Source of the DNA: Trichoplax sp. H2
Taxonomy: Eukaryota
NCBI GenBank assembly: GCA_003344405.1
Contig: NOWV01000177.1
Location: 1-64,000, forward strand
Reading direction: 5' to 3'
Length of the DNA: 64,000 bases
Below the pieces are notes generated by a model. It had not been told where the DNA came from and made no database searches. It saw only the letters and a list, made by a program, of their open reading frames with translations. The position numbers were made by a program, and so were the translations under genes. This document shows, one piece after another, positions 51,401 to 64,000 of this stretch (positions are counted from its first letter, which is position 1; every line of letters begins with the position of its first letter).

Positions 51401-54400
51401 TGGTTTTATTTGTCGGCAGTAACAAGGTTATATGCAATCATAATTCAATTCATAAATGAAAAAACTTGCCTCCAGTAGATATTTAATAAATTCTACCGTG
51501 GAAATCGATCTTCCTAAGATATAGATACTCTTACATTAATTAATAACCAACACCGTAAAATGTAGGAAATCTGTGCACTTACAATATATTAATTTACGTA
51601 GACTATGTACCATGTTGATATACTTGTAATTCTAACATCTACAGGGAAATATTTGATTGTAGTAGCCGCTAGATCAATAAAGTATTCATTCCTACGATAT
51701 GAATACAATTGCTGGATTATACCCTTCGGGTTTAATTTAAGAGTAAGGCATGACCCAGACTCTTTTAAATAGAAGTCTTGCTGTAATTGATTGTTATTAT
51801 CAATGGGAACTCTGATAAATTCTTTTGTTATACAATACTTCTTCGGAGAATTTACTGGTTGCAATATCAATTACTTAGGTAAAGTACAACATTATTTATT
51901 AGGTGCGGCATTAAAGCTAATCTAAGCAAATTGACCAAATAGATTGGTCAATTTAACTGTTATAGTTATAGTAGGGAGGTACGTATCAAATTAATGTGAT
52001 TAGTTTCTAAATATAGAGTAGCTCATCAACAATAATCTAAATAACATTAAACAATTTAAATTTTAGCCGTTTCTTAAGGAAAGTATTAAGAAATGATTTC
52101 CATACTCAGGGTATACCTCCTTACAGGATAAACCGTCAAAATTTATAAAAATATTGGATTTTCCGAATAAGATAAACATTAGTTATGGGTGATCTGAGGA
52201 AAATTTCTAGATTATTGAAAGAATTTTTTAACAACTTTTAAATGTTCATACATGCTAAAAATCTCTAGGGAGTCAACGAAATGAATCAATTATAATTTAG
52301 TTAGGGATATCATAGATTACCTTATATAATTTACATAATAATTGATGAGTTGATATCCATTTCAGAATGAATGCATTGAAAAAATTATTCAATTCGTGAA
52401 CATATGTTAGATATATCTCTTGGATATTTGTAAAATTAAAGTATGCATGTTTTGATGAATCAATTAGATTCACATAAAAGTATTTTACTCGAATTTAAGT
52501 GAATTAATAATAAATTTAAGATTGAAAGCATTAGATGGATGTTAAAATTCATGACAAGTTTTACGCCCGATTTTCATCAAATTGGCGTAACCCTAACATA
52601 AAGTTAATAACAATTTTAGAATGATAGCATTAGATGAACTTTAAGATATGGTGAATATTCAAATATGCGAAACTTGAAATTTATGACGACTTTACTCCTA
52701 ATCCTTATCAAATTGCAATATTTTCATTCGAAATGGAAATAAACTATTTTAAATAATTGTTTGCATAGTTATTCGTAAGATTACTTATATAGAGGATAGA
52801 TTTAAGGTGTTTCAACTTATAAATTGATCCTAAATCTAAACGATAGCATAAGATTTGAATCAGCTTGACTTTAAACTATTAATCAACGGTAATAATTATT
52901 AAATTTGAATACTGTTCACAACTGAATTAGAATTATTCGTTGCAACTCACGAGGAGGATCTTAGAGAAGTCTGTTAGCCATGATAGATAAAGTTACTAAC
53001 GTTTCAATAGATACAAAAATTGTTCTCTGTCATTGCTAGTGCAGATTAACTCAACCAGATTATTTGAAATGTTTTTTTCCTATGACTATCATAATTTAAA
53101 TATCCTTTCGATTTATTCTGTCTTTAGGCGCATTTATAATCCCATACTTTGTATCTGTCATACTTATTGGTATTCCAACACTTCATATGGAGCTTGCCTT
53201 AGGACAGTATTCAAGAATGGGTCCTGGTACACTATGGAAGAATATATGTCCTATGTTTAAAGGTATGATCAATTTCGTCCCTATTATCCATCTATTATAA
53301 AATTAGCAAACGATTTGTAAATTTCTAAGTAATAATTGATAATCCTGTAAAATTATAGGTAAAGATATTGCACTCTAAATCAGAAATGATAAACTCTGAA
53401 AGCATGAGCTCTTACATTAATCTACGATTCATATCCAAATCGGGAAGTTAAGATTATTGTACTGTGTACTTTAATCTAGTAAACTAGAATTATAAGCTCA
53501 AGTTAGACTGGATACATTTACATAATTAGATCATTTCATAATATATTATATGCATTTGACTCAAGAATGTTAAGGGTGGGTTTGTTAGTCACCTATCTAG
53601 TTTTTATTTATTATAAATGAAATTCTGTATTGCTACCCTGATTTGCAATAGAACTTCTTATGTAACTCGAACTATCACCAATGGAACAAAATTTTTAGTT
53701 CTACATTTATATCAAAATTGTATAACGTATTTCTCGATATTACAAAAAAATGTATGAAATGAATCCTCTGTAATTATTAATTTGCTCATTTTTACCGTAT
53801 GTTCACAGGTCTTGGTTTTGCAATGATTGCCTCTTGTATTGTTATTGTAATCTATTTCCATATCGTTATTGCCTGGTCGCTTTACTACTTTTATAGCAGC
53901 TTCTTTCCTATACTTCCATGGGCAGAATGCAATAACACTTGGAACACTGCTCTCTGCTATGTAGCAGGCACCAATAACACAATTGCTGGTGGCGTTCCAG
54001 CTTCTATCGAATTTTTAAAGTAACTAACTTATTTATTGATTAAGAAGATTTATCTACAGGCTTTTGATTTATGACCTACATTTCGTTATTCTCTTCAACC
54101 CTTTTACAATATGAAACTATAAGAATGATTCTAGTTTTTTATTTTACTTAATGTTGCCATTTTTGAAGTATTTCTACATTATATGACTAACCTTGTAAAA
54201 TTAATAATTCAAGATTTGGCAACGGAAAGTATAATCAACATCAGTTAGTTTTCATATAATACCAATAATAAGGTCGAACTCTTCAACCCAACAATAATTC
54301 AATTTGGTAACCTAGTTTGATCTTTTATTTGTATTTCTTAGCTATAGGGCATTCAATATTGACGTAAGCGGCTTACTTCATTACGATATTGTTCCACATC

Positions 54401-57400
54401 TGGCAATAACGCTGTTAATTGGCTGGGTTATCACTTACTTTGCTATGTGCATGGGAATTGAATCTTCAGGAAAGGTAGAGCTGATTATCATTTAACAATC
54501 CTCTTAGTATCATTATCAAAAATCGTGATTATGTAACACTTAGAGTAAAAATAACAGTTTTAAATACGGCACGAATTGTTTAGAAAGATTCACAAAATAG
54601 CTCTTTCATAACGCTAGTATATTATGTTTTAGCAACTTCATCAAGCAACCAAAAACGAGAAAAATACATTATAAACTTCATACTGAATACAACACTAGCA
54701 ATAGTTGCTTCATCACATATCTATAGAACCATCAAAATACAATAAATAAGGCATTCTTATCTAGCCAGAAAACAATAGATAAATAGTGGCACTCCGCTAA
54801 TAGGGTATGTTCGGAGATTATTAATTAAGCGGAATATGAAGTACTAGTTATCAGCGTCTGGCAGGAATAAGATATTTTCGAGGATGCATCGTTGTCATGA
54901 AAGTACATTAATTATTAGAATCGCTTTACATTAGACACGAAAAATCTATCATAACATGTGAAAACAGTAATTAAAATAGAAATGAATTTGAATGCAAAAT
55001 GAAACAGAAGTTATTATAGTTAAAACTCAACTATACTAATTTAATAAATCGTCATGATAACTTGTTTCGTGACAATCATAATAACACTCAGTAAATGGAA
55101 TAATGAAAATTGAACGGCATCATAGCTCACTTTTAGAATTGATTGAAGATGACAGAGATGAGCAGTATTATTCGGATCTGTAGATGATGAAGTAAATTGA
55201 TGGCTATAATGATATATTTCAGGTTGTCTACTTCAGTGCAACAGTGCCCTATGTTATGTTAATTGCATTGCTCGTTCGAGCCTTAACATTGCCAGGTGCC
55301 GATGTTGGTATAAAACAGTTATTCGTTCCCGAATGGAAGAAGTTAGGGACATTATTGGTCAGTATAAAATTATATAAGCCATTCTTTATATCAATAAACA
55401 CCGGTAGTAGTAACTTCTGTAAGAATTTAAAGGATAGCAGTAAAATAGCCCATTCCAATTATTAACCATTGGATTTTATTGCTTTTCTGAAATGGATGCT
55501 CAAATTAGCCATGGGTAGACGCATTAGGGCAGGTCTTATCTGCGATTGGTATAGGTTATGGTGCTATTATCACCTTAGGAAGTTACAATCGTCGTGATAA
55601 TAAAGTCCACAGGTATTGCCGATGATTTAAATATTATTTTAATGAATATCAAGCATCATATAATATTATGCGTAAACAATCAGTTAGTAGCAATTGTTAG
55701 TGGTCATTCTCGACAATTCCCAGAACTATTTTTTAAATTATGAATTAGAGCTTATTCAATAATGGGTAACAATACTGTAAAATTTCGAATCACATTATTG
55801 AGCCAAAAAAGAATCTCCTTTAAATTCTTTGATATTCGAGTATTAAAAATTTTTTCTACATTAGTTGACAGATAATACTTTACTAGAAGTAGTAAATACC
55901 TTAAGAACTAAATGATATTATTTTACACGAAATAGGCATCAGTTGACAAATAATTTAAAGCTTTGCTAGAAGCAACAAATACCTCCAAGATAAATTGTGC
56001 CATTTCAACCATGATATATGAATATCATTAAAACCTTGTTATTGACGTATATGATTGATTGAAATGATATTAAGGTAAATGTTTTAATTAAATTGGACTA
56101 ATTTCTTTAATGTTATCTTCTAGAGATGCCGTTTATATCTGCTGTATTACAAGTTGTACAAGTATATTATCAGGTATTATATGTTTCGCTGTACTTGGAT
56201 ATATGTCGAAAATTACAGGAACTCCAATTAAATCCCTGGTTCAAGAAGGTATGAAACTATACCATCCACTACCTGATCGATTCAATATAATATACACAGT
56301 TCTATATACATAAAAATTGAAATTTTCCTTCGTTCTATCGATATGGAGTATGAAAATTCTACTACAATTCCTATATTTAAAACTTTTAACATGATACAAA
56401 GTTCTTCTAAATTCATTAATGCTGAATATGAAAACCTCAAGTCATAACGATCTGTAACTTTTTTCTATAACAGAAATTGTCTTGGCATTTATTGCTTATC
56501 CAGAAGCTATTGCTCAATTGCCTAGCCCTCATTTTTGGGCTATTGCCTTCTTCTTCATGTTACTTTTGCTTGGCATGGATAGCATTGTAAGTCATCTTTG
56601 ATATAATTACCTCTACTGGAGATATTGATTAAAATGATCACAAATAACTGGTTTTTAATCTATCATTTGATTTATTAGTACGGTATGGTCGAAGTCATGA
56701 TCACATCCGTCGTACGATTATCCCGGGGTAAACTAGATAATAAGAAACCGTTCGTTATGGCAGGGATTGCAATCGTTCTTTATCTTGTTGGCCTTCTTTT
56801 TGCTACAAGAGTAAGTTAATTAATAATTTATTTATTTTATTTTAATCAAGAAGATAAAGTTTATATTAGTTTCTATTCTGATTCCGACATAGTCCTCATT
56901 TCACTCATTCGTTTTAATAAATTAGTTCGCCAAGATTTACTCTGTCGTTTCGATCTATTTTTATTTGAAGGCTGGCTTATTTTGGCTTATCGTCGTTGAT
57001 ACTAATAATTCTGGGCCGATAGTACTTGGGTTAACATTATTTGAAGTACTCGCTGTTTCGCTATGTTACGGTAACATTCAAAGACTTCTTTTAGTTTGTA
57101 TCGTGTTTAGTAATATCATAAAGTACTTTTATCTATTCTATTGCTGTAGTCATCTACAATTCTACAGTAGTCAAGCAATGTTAAGTTCATTGGATCGTGA
57201 CATAGAGTTAAAAAGATGAAAACTTCCTTGGGTTTTAAATATGCAGAGCTACAATTCATTCTTGACTATATTGCAGGTGCTGATCGATTAGCGGATAATG
57301 TAGAAGATATGACTGGAATTAGGCCTAATTACTACTGGATCATAACCTGGAAGTTTATTTGCCCACTCGGTTGTACTGTAAGTATTTTTATGGCTGTTTT

Positions 57401-58713
57401 AAGTTCTATGTGAGTATTTAAATTTAAATCAATCCTACCCTATCCGATAACTAGTTCTGTATCATCAGCGATATTCAGCGTGATTCGATATTCCAATAAC
57501 AGTTTCTAATAAAATTGACATCGAATATTGACTTGCTATCCTGAGAAACCTGATCATCATCAACTAATTTCCATTTAAATTTTGTTGATCCCATATGGTG
57601 ATATAATGTCAATGAACTGATGAGGACGATTAGTTCTAATAAAATTGATATAGAATATTAACTTGCTATCACACAAAATTGAATAATTATCATCAAATAC
57701 CATAATTCCCGTTTAATTTTTATTGATGCAATATGGTGAGCTGATGCCGATGAACTAATAGGAATGAACAGTTCCATTTTGAATTGAAAATATATTTAAA
57801 GAGATCGTATCCAAAATAATTGAATGCCGATATAAATTTGTGGTGCAGCAGATAAATTTGGATTATTGTAATTCGTGAACGCTCAAATCAAGCCTGATAT
57901 ATCATTATATTTATTAAGCCCAGTTGGATATTTATTTTTCAAACCTATTGTGAGGCAAATTTGATAATTGTTACCGTACACCATTGGCCATGTTAATAAT
58001 TAAAGTATATTCCATATTGGCCAGGCATATATCATTACCTGTCAAGATGACAATTCATGTTGCACTGCATCCCATAAAATCAGATAAATGATGTTAATAA
58101 TTAATTAAAGCCTAATTGGTTATTGACGAAAATAATTATAAGCTAAAATTAAATCTTTTCTTTGCAAGTATAGTATTCTGCTAATATAGTCAGCTAAATT
58201 TTGCTTTTCTTTCGTCTCAAGTTCTTATTTATAGCTAGCTTGGCAACGAGAGGTCAAATGCATTACCTATCTAAGGATGTTCCAGCATACGGAATTGGTA
58301 TCGGCGCTCTGATCTCCAGTCTCGTTTTAATATGGATTTTAGTCGGTGCGATCCATCAGATTGTAATCACACCGGGAACATTCAAACAGGTAACTAAGAA
58401 ATAATTAATTCAATTAAAGTTGGCGTTGTGAAATAAGGGAAAATAGGATAGCTCAATCATCTTTCCGCTAACGAATTCTGTATACAGCTGATTGCTGTAT
58501 AGTTTACACCTCCAAGGATATTACTAGCTGAGATTTATTGGTCGTCTATATCGATTGATTAGTTTATCTTTTCTTATTCCTTAGCGATTGGTGAAATCTT
58601 TCTCTCCTCGTCAAGGATTTTTGGACCTGCAATTCCAAAATAAGAAGAGCAGAGATCAATCAATGACCAAAGTAGAATTAAATGATCGTCCAACGTCCAC
58701 TTATATTTTTTAA
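48479..58713 (+). CDS. SLC6 transporter, paralogue B (tandem duplicate of A)
   Basis: Exon 1 48479-48512 [11 protein letters not shown], then 48680-48877 [39 protein letters not shown], 4.2-kb intron, and exons with the same boundaries as paralogue A ([102 protein letters not shown]); ends [11 protein letters not shown] at 58713. Confidence 0.93.
57500..57775. repeat. About 130-bp intronic tandem duplication, 2 diverged copies
   Basis: ttctaataaaattga.at.gaatatt.acttgctatc...atatggtga...atg.c.atgaact.at.gga occurs twice. Confidence 0.75.
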
Positions 58714-60614
58714 AGTGACTACGAATGACAATAGTCATGTCAACGTTTGAAATATTGCAATACTTTATCATTTGATTTATTTCATCTGCGCTAGAGGATT
58801 GACATTTTGATATTTTTTCTGCTTGATCATCAGTCTCATTTACTGCATTACTTTGCTTCCACGTAGTTACCCTGTAATATTATAAACGTTTTAGTTTACC
58901 AATCTGGTCAATTTAAATTTTACTATTTGTTTTCTAGGTATTGAATGATTGATAGTACGGACTTATAAGTAGCATATTCCTATTTTTTAATTACCCTTCT
59001 TGCTTAAATGGCATATTGATTATAATTTAATATTCGGAAATGGTGACCGCTTGCAGTCATAATGGCAATATTCAAGATTGCTGTTGAAGTCAGTTTCTGT
59101 TACGAAGTGTCAATGAGATAATACTAAATACGTGCTAAGTTTAGAACATCTCTCTTTATTATTATGCAATATCTATAGCCTCTAAAAAACTCATTACCTT
59201 CTTTAAATTGTTGCTACTATATATAAAATTTGGAAATAGGACCTATTTCTATCTTTGAAACTGTATGCTGTATAGGATACGGATAGCGATAAAGCTATAG
59301 AAGTGTAGATGCAGGAAACAGTATGCAGTCTATGATTACCTCGCTTGTGAAATAAAGTTATTAGATTTTAAAACACTGATATATTGTTAACCTATCGTTG
59401 TTACAAGAAAACGCTAATAGCAGTCCATATTGATATATTAGCTTAGAAATGAGAAAGTGCCCATGCTTTAGCCTATTATAATTGAGGTTAAATTAATATA
59501 AGGTCTTGCAATAAGTCCTACCTTTATCCTTAAGATATCTAGTTACCCAATGAAGTAAGTCCTCGATGAAGCGGTTAGAACTAGTCTATTACTTAGAATT
59601 TTACTGTTGAATATTACAGTAGTAGAACTTCCGATTACGCAACCACACACAGCTAGCTCAAAGCCTATCGACTCTTCTCCTTTCCAAAAGAGTAGGCCTT
59701 TTACACATTTTTAAAAGGCTTTTTAATAAACATCTTTATCAAATCCCTTTTCCTGTCAAGTCAAGTAAAATATAATAGTTAAACCGAATGGGATCTTGGA
59801 TCTCATTTCTGTTACACAAAATGCGGGTATGCTAGAATTTGATACTTTCTTCATTTTTGGCACCTGCTAATTTATTTGATACCTTGAATCCTTGGCAAAG
59901 CACGATTGCGCTGAAATTTGAATTAAGATCAATTGTATGCCAGCATAACAGTTGACACTACAATTAGTTTAATAATAATTAATTATTAACTATAGCGAAG
60001 GATTATAGTCTCTTTAGTGATTTATAGATCTACCTATAAAGTGGAATTAGATCTTGTTATTAAGACCAATTTACAGAGATGGCTGCAGACTCAAATTTTA
60101 CTCTTATTTCGTCTTTAGTTCTTATTTTTAGCCAGTATAGCAACTAGAGCTCAAATACTTTATCTTCAAAAACCTGCTCCATCTTATGGAATTGCTATCG
60201 GCGTTATTATCTCCATTCCCATTTCAGGGTCGATCCTAGTGGGTGCTATTCATCAGATAGTTATTACACCAGGAATACTAAAAGAGTTAAGTTGTAAAGG
60301 TTCCATTCGGTTGAAATTGATTTTGAAATATGGGAAAAACAGAATTACCGATATACTTTCTACTTCTTGTACAAGTTGCACTTTGCACTTGTACTCATAG
60401 AGTCTAGACAAATTTGTAAAAATACCATGTTAGTCCATGAAACCAACCGACCCTAGATCTAGTATTGCGAAGGCTATACTTTGATAGTTTTACTTACAGA
60501 TGTTGTTAGTGTCCAATTTACAATAACATAGGACTAGATGATGTTATTAATTGTTCTTGAGCTATTTTAAATCCTTAAACGACCGATACAAGATCTTATA
60601 ATTTTGACGGTAGC

Positions 60615-62957
60615 GATGTTTCTTACCTGCTTCTGTTATTATAAACATTCTTATTGTGATCCTATAACCTTATACTACACCTGTGGCTTATGGAAAGATT
60701 GCCAGCTCGCAGGTATATGGAGACGTTGTACTGGTATTACTTCCATAGTTGTGCACATACCAGTAAGATTTTGTAATGTATTACTTTGATAGTTGTGCAA
60801 TGTAAATATACTGTGCTATTGAAATTTTATAATATTTATAAGCTTACCATACAATTTTGTAGATTTGAAAAAAGTTATGATCTTGCACTGATTTTTTCAA
60901 CAGCTGTAAATTACGTCCCTCCCACAACTGAAGGGTAAGATAATGACTTCTTATCAGTTCCGTTTACACTTTTAATTGATGATTGATACGTAAAAATTGT
61001 AATATCTAAAATTTACCTTTGAGTTAAACTATATAAGATAAACGAGCTAGAAAAGCAAGGTATTATGAACGATACGTCATCCTATTAGGATATTTCGATT
61101 TAACTGTTTCTGAGCTTCATCAGCTGCAGCTTTAAAATTTATTAACAGACACTTTGCCCGTTATAGCGAGTATTTGTATAGTACTTATCTTATTCAGGTG
61201 AGAAAGATGGAAAAATGAAACATTACTACTGATTCCGAATATATTTACGTGCTGATAAAAGTACAATGCTATTTAGTTGGCCGTAATGGTAAGCAAAAAT
61301 AAATTCGTATTACCTTCAATAATATTGCCATAATCGAAGCAAGAAACAAATGTATTATCCTTTTTTATAAGCTACCAAATCGTGACATCTTAATAGGTAA
61401 GGAATGTATTAGTTATTTTTGCCCAAGACACATAATGCGATGAACACAAGCAATCTGGGTATTAATTCGACTTCTTCCTTTCTTTACTGAAAGGCGATCA
61501 TCATTCCTTATTGTAAATACAGGCTTTGTTACCGATTATCCTAGCCCGATTACCCGACCTCTAAAATAGTTGGACCTATACTTCCTAAGCCCGCAAAACT
61601 ATTGCCTGATGATTTACATAAATTCATAGTGAGCAATCCTATGTTATTTTCTCTTTCAGGAGTTCATGAAAGGAGAAGCTCAATTTCCAATCAACTATTT
61701 CTTAATATTTTTAATCATAATTTTATCATTCCGCTTTATGTAATCTATTCAATTCTGGTAGATATAAGTCTCACTTACTCTGAAATATCTAATTAACTGT
61801 GAAATTTTTAACAGTAGCTACTAAGGCTAGTAAAATATCATCAATTTTTAAATATTACAGTGAATTGATGATATTTCAACAAACTAGATGAATTGGGCTA
61901 CCCTGTAAATTCATTCAGTCCAATTACGCTGTTATGTAGTGCTATATAAAATACTCGAATTAAAGAAGTATAAACATTTTATGAACAGATGGACAGTTTA
62001 TAGTTATGGCTATTTAGTAGTCCATCTTTCTCGAGACAATTCTCCGGAGCAAAATACAATTTAATAGCTAATCCATCCTTTTATGGATGTAACGCTATCA
62101 CTAAAATCACTAAAATGAAGACGGTATGTTAATCATAAACAGGAGTAATACATGCAGTTAAAAAATTTAATGCAGCTATTTTCAAGGCCTGTAAACTAAT
62201 AGGATTAAATATTACTTCAAATAGTTATATGTGACCTTAGAGTTGGCTCCAAAGTGGATTATTTTTTATGTTACAACAGCGATGGAAAACCAAGCTGCAA
62301 GTATTACAAAATCTAAATTTATACCATCAAAATTTTATGACTTTAGGTTCATTTTACCATACTTAGCTGTAGTCATGGAATAGAAACCTGGTTTGTATCG
62401 CCAAGAAGCAAGTATTTACTAACAGGTATTATTCATTTATTGATAAAGGTAACGATGCAGTAATTTTTCTCTACCCCACTGTTCGCATGGTATTATTTAA
62501 TTACATTATTCATACTAGCATGGAAATAATGAAATGATATTTGCGTTGTATCCTATAATGTTCTATACCTACCCAAATTTAACATTACAGTAGTTATATC
62601 AAAGCTGTTTTAATGCGATTGGAATCAGGTTTCATCATATACAATTATATCCATAAAGATAGGGCAATTTAGTAGCTGGCTAAAAGTAAATTGCAAAGTA
62701 AATTTAAGAATTCTTTAAATCTATGTTAATTATCTACTGTAACAGAAAAGTTTAAATTAAGATCTTAAGAATTTTCTATCAAAGCAATTGACTTCTTATA
62801 TTTATTATCTATGACAGGCCTAATCATTGGAGGATTCTTAGATGCTATGGCTATCTTGGTACTACTTGTAATTGGAGTGATTCTGTATCGACGTTTCCGC
62901 CATCAGTCTGTTCTACGTTATTTACTTGATGATCAAGACGTTAATGAGCTTCTTTAA
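60615..62957 (+). CDS. Putative spliced single-pass membrane protein of unknown function (possibly a decaying gene)
   Basis: Phase-compatible candidate exons about 60615-60711, 60904-60935, 61149-61197, 62004-62123, 62347-62425, 62818-62957. The last exon encodes GLIIGGFLDAMAILVLLVIGVILYRRFRHQSVLRYLLDDQDVNELL* (TM helix, basic stop-transfer, acidic dileucine). Upstream exons are uncertain. Confidence 0.45.
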
Positions 62958-63266
62958 ATCGCATTAATTGCAACACAACATTAGCATTTACTGCTAATTT
63001 CGATCACATTTTCCATATAGACTCTGGATATAAATTGACCTATGGGAAAGAAGATCGACTTTAAAAATTATGAATTTAAACAGGGTCTTTTCAGAACATA
63101 ATAAATCAAAACTGTATTCATATGTACACTTTTTAGATTATACTTTTTAGTTTCGACGCGAATTAACGTCATTAAAAAGCCTATAGCACTATGTTTCTCT
63201 AATTGTAAATTGCTCAGAATCGTTAAAAAATGTTATTACTACCGTAATCTTTGAATTGTGTTGCAT

Positions 63267-63931
63267 TCTGCAGCAAAGTTATCCATAATTTTTATGGGGC
63301 GGAAACTATATAAAATATTGTTTGTACCCATATAGTGCGTTGAATAGTGCGTTGTAGTTTGCCTGTAGCTGCACTTATTCTAAATCTGATAGACTCAACT
63401 AGTGACTACGGCCCAGTAGTTGGCATAAAAAATGTTTGATAACAAACATAACAGGAACTTGATTCAACTAATAGTTATCGTGAGTATTTGCTTGTGCTAT
63501 CAAGGCAGTCATAGGGGTAGGGTTAGGATTTCTATTGCTGCACTTGTTAAACTGTATGTAATGTCGCTGAAAGTTTAATAGCATAGTTTGATATTCCTAA
63601 AACTATTGAAAATGCCAGATCAATCATGTGCAAACATGAAGTGTTTCCATAGCATATGCATTGACAACGACAACGTGAGTATTTGCTTGTGCTATCANNN
63701 NNNNNNNNNNNNNNNNNTCTGCAGCAAAGTTATCCATAATTTTTATGGGGCGGAAACTATATAAAATATTGTTTGTACCCATATAGTGCGTTGAATAGTG
63801 CGTTGTAGTTTGCCTGTAGCTGCACTTATTCTAAATCTGATAGACTCAACTAGTGACTACGGCCCAGTAATTGGCATAAAAAATGTTTGAATACAAACAT
63901 AAACAGGAACTCGATTCAACTAATAGTTATG
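63267..63931. repeat. About 213-bp duplication (63267-63479 and 63718-63931) beside a 20-N assembly gap (63698-63717)
   Basis: tctgcagcaaagttatccataat...caactaatagttat repeated immediately after the gap; gtgagtatttgcttgtgctatca also repeated (63480 and 63675). Confidence 0.85.
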
Positions 63932-64000
63932 AAAGCGTAAAATATTCGTAGAAAACTTGCGTTAATCAACGAAGACAACAAATTGTTAGCTAAGCAATCC

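Noticed and set aside
60225-60456. MITE with CAGGGTCG / CGACCCTA termini
   Set aside because: Only an 8-bp imperfect inverted repeat with no target-site duplication
60675-60711. Claudin signature (CGLWKDC)
   Set aside because: No preceding TM helix with Trp and no four-TM architecture; the downstream model has a single TM
63267-63931. LTR-like direct repeats
   Set aside because: Second copy starts exactly at a 20-N gap; no internal coding remnants; probably an assembly overlap

Overview
AT-rich eukaryotic (animal) genomic DNA with short GT-AG introns. The compact gene structure and gene content suggest a placozoan (Trichoplax-like) genome; this is inference only. Five spliced genes were reconstructed by hand: (1) RanBP2/Nup358 (minus strand, ATG 11642, running off the left edge), whose giant exon holds near-identical RanBD copies each followed by an IR-like (SUMO E3) motif; (2) SSR4/TRAP-delta (plus, 12902-15812), head-to-head with RanBP2; (3) HSP90B1/GRP94 (minus, 27072-20025, C-terminal KDEL), with a perfect ERSE about 370 bp upstream; (4-5) two tandem SLC6 transporter paralogues that share non-canonical substitutions at Na1, substrate and gate residues. 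A weaker sixth model near 60.6-63.0 kb encodes a single-pass membrane protein. The upstream regions of all three housekeeping genes are packed with a GTACA/TGTAC motif. Upstream of HSP90B1 that motif forms the variable spacers of an 11-copy, 69-bp repeat array that looks CRISPR-like and has 4-unit higher-order periodicity. Several minisatellites and two 20-N gaps with duplicated flanks are also present.
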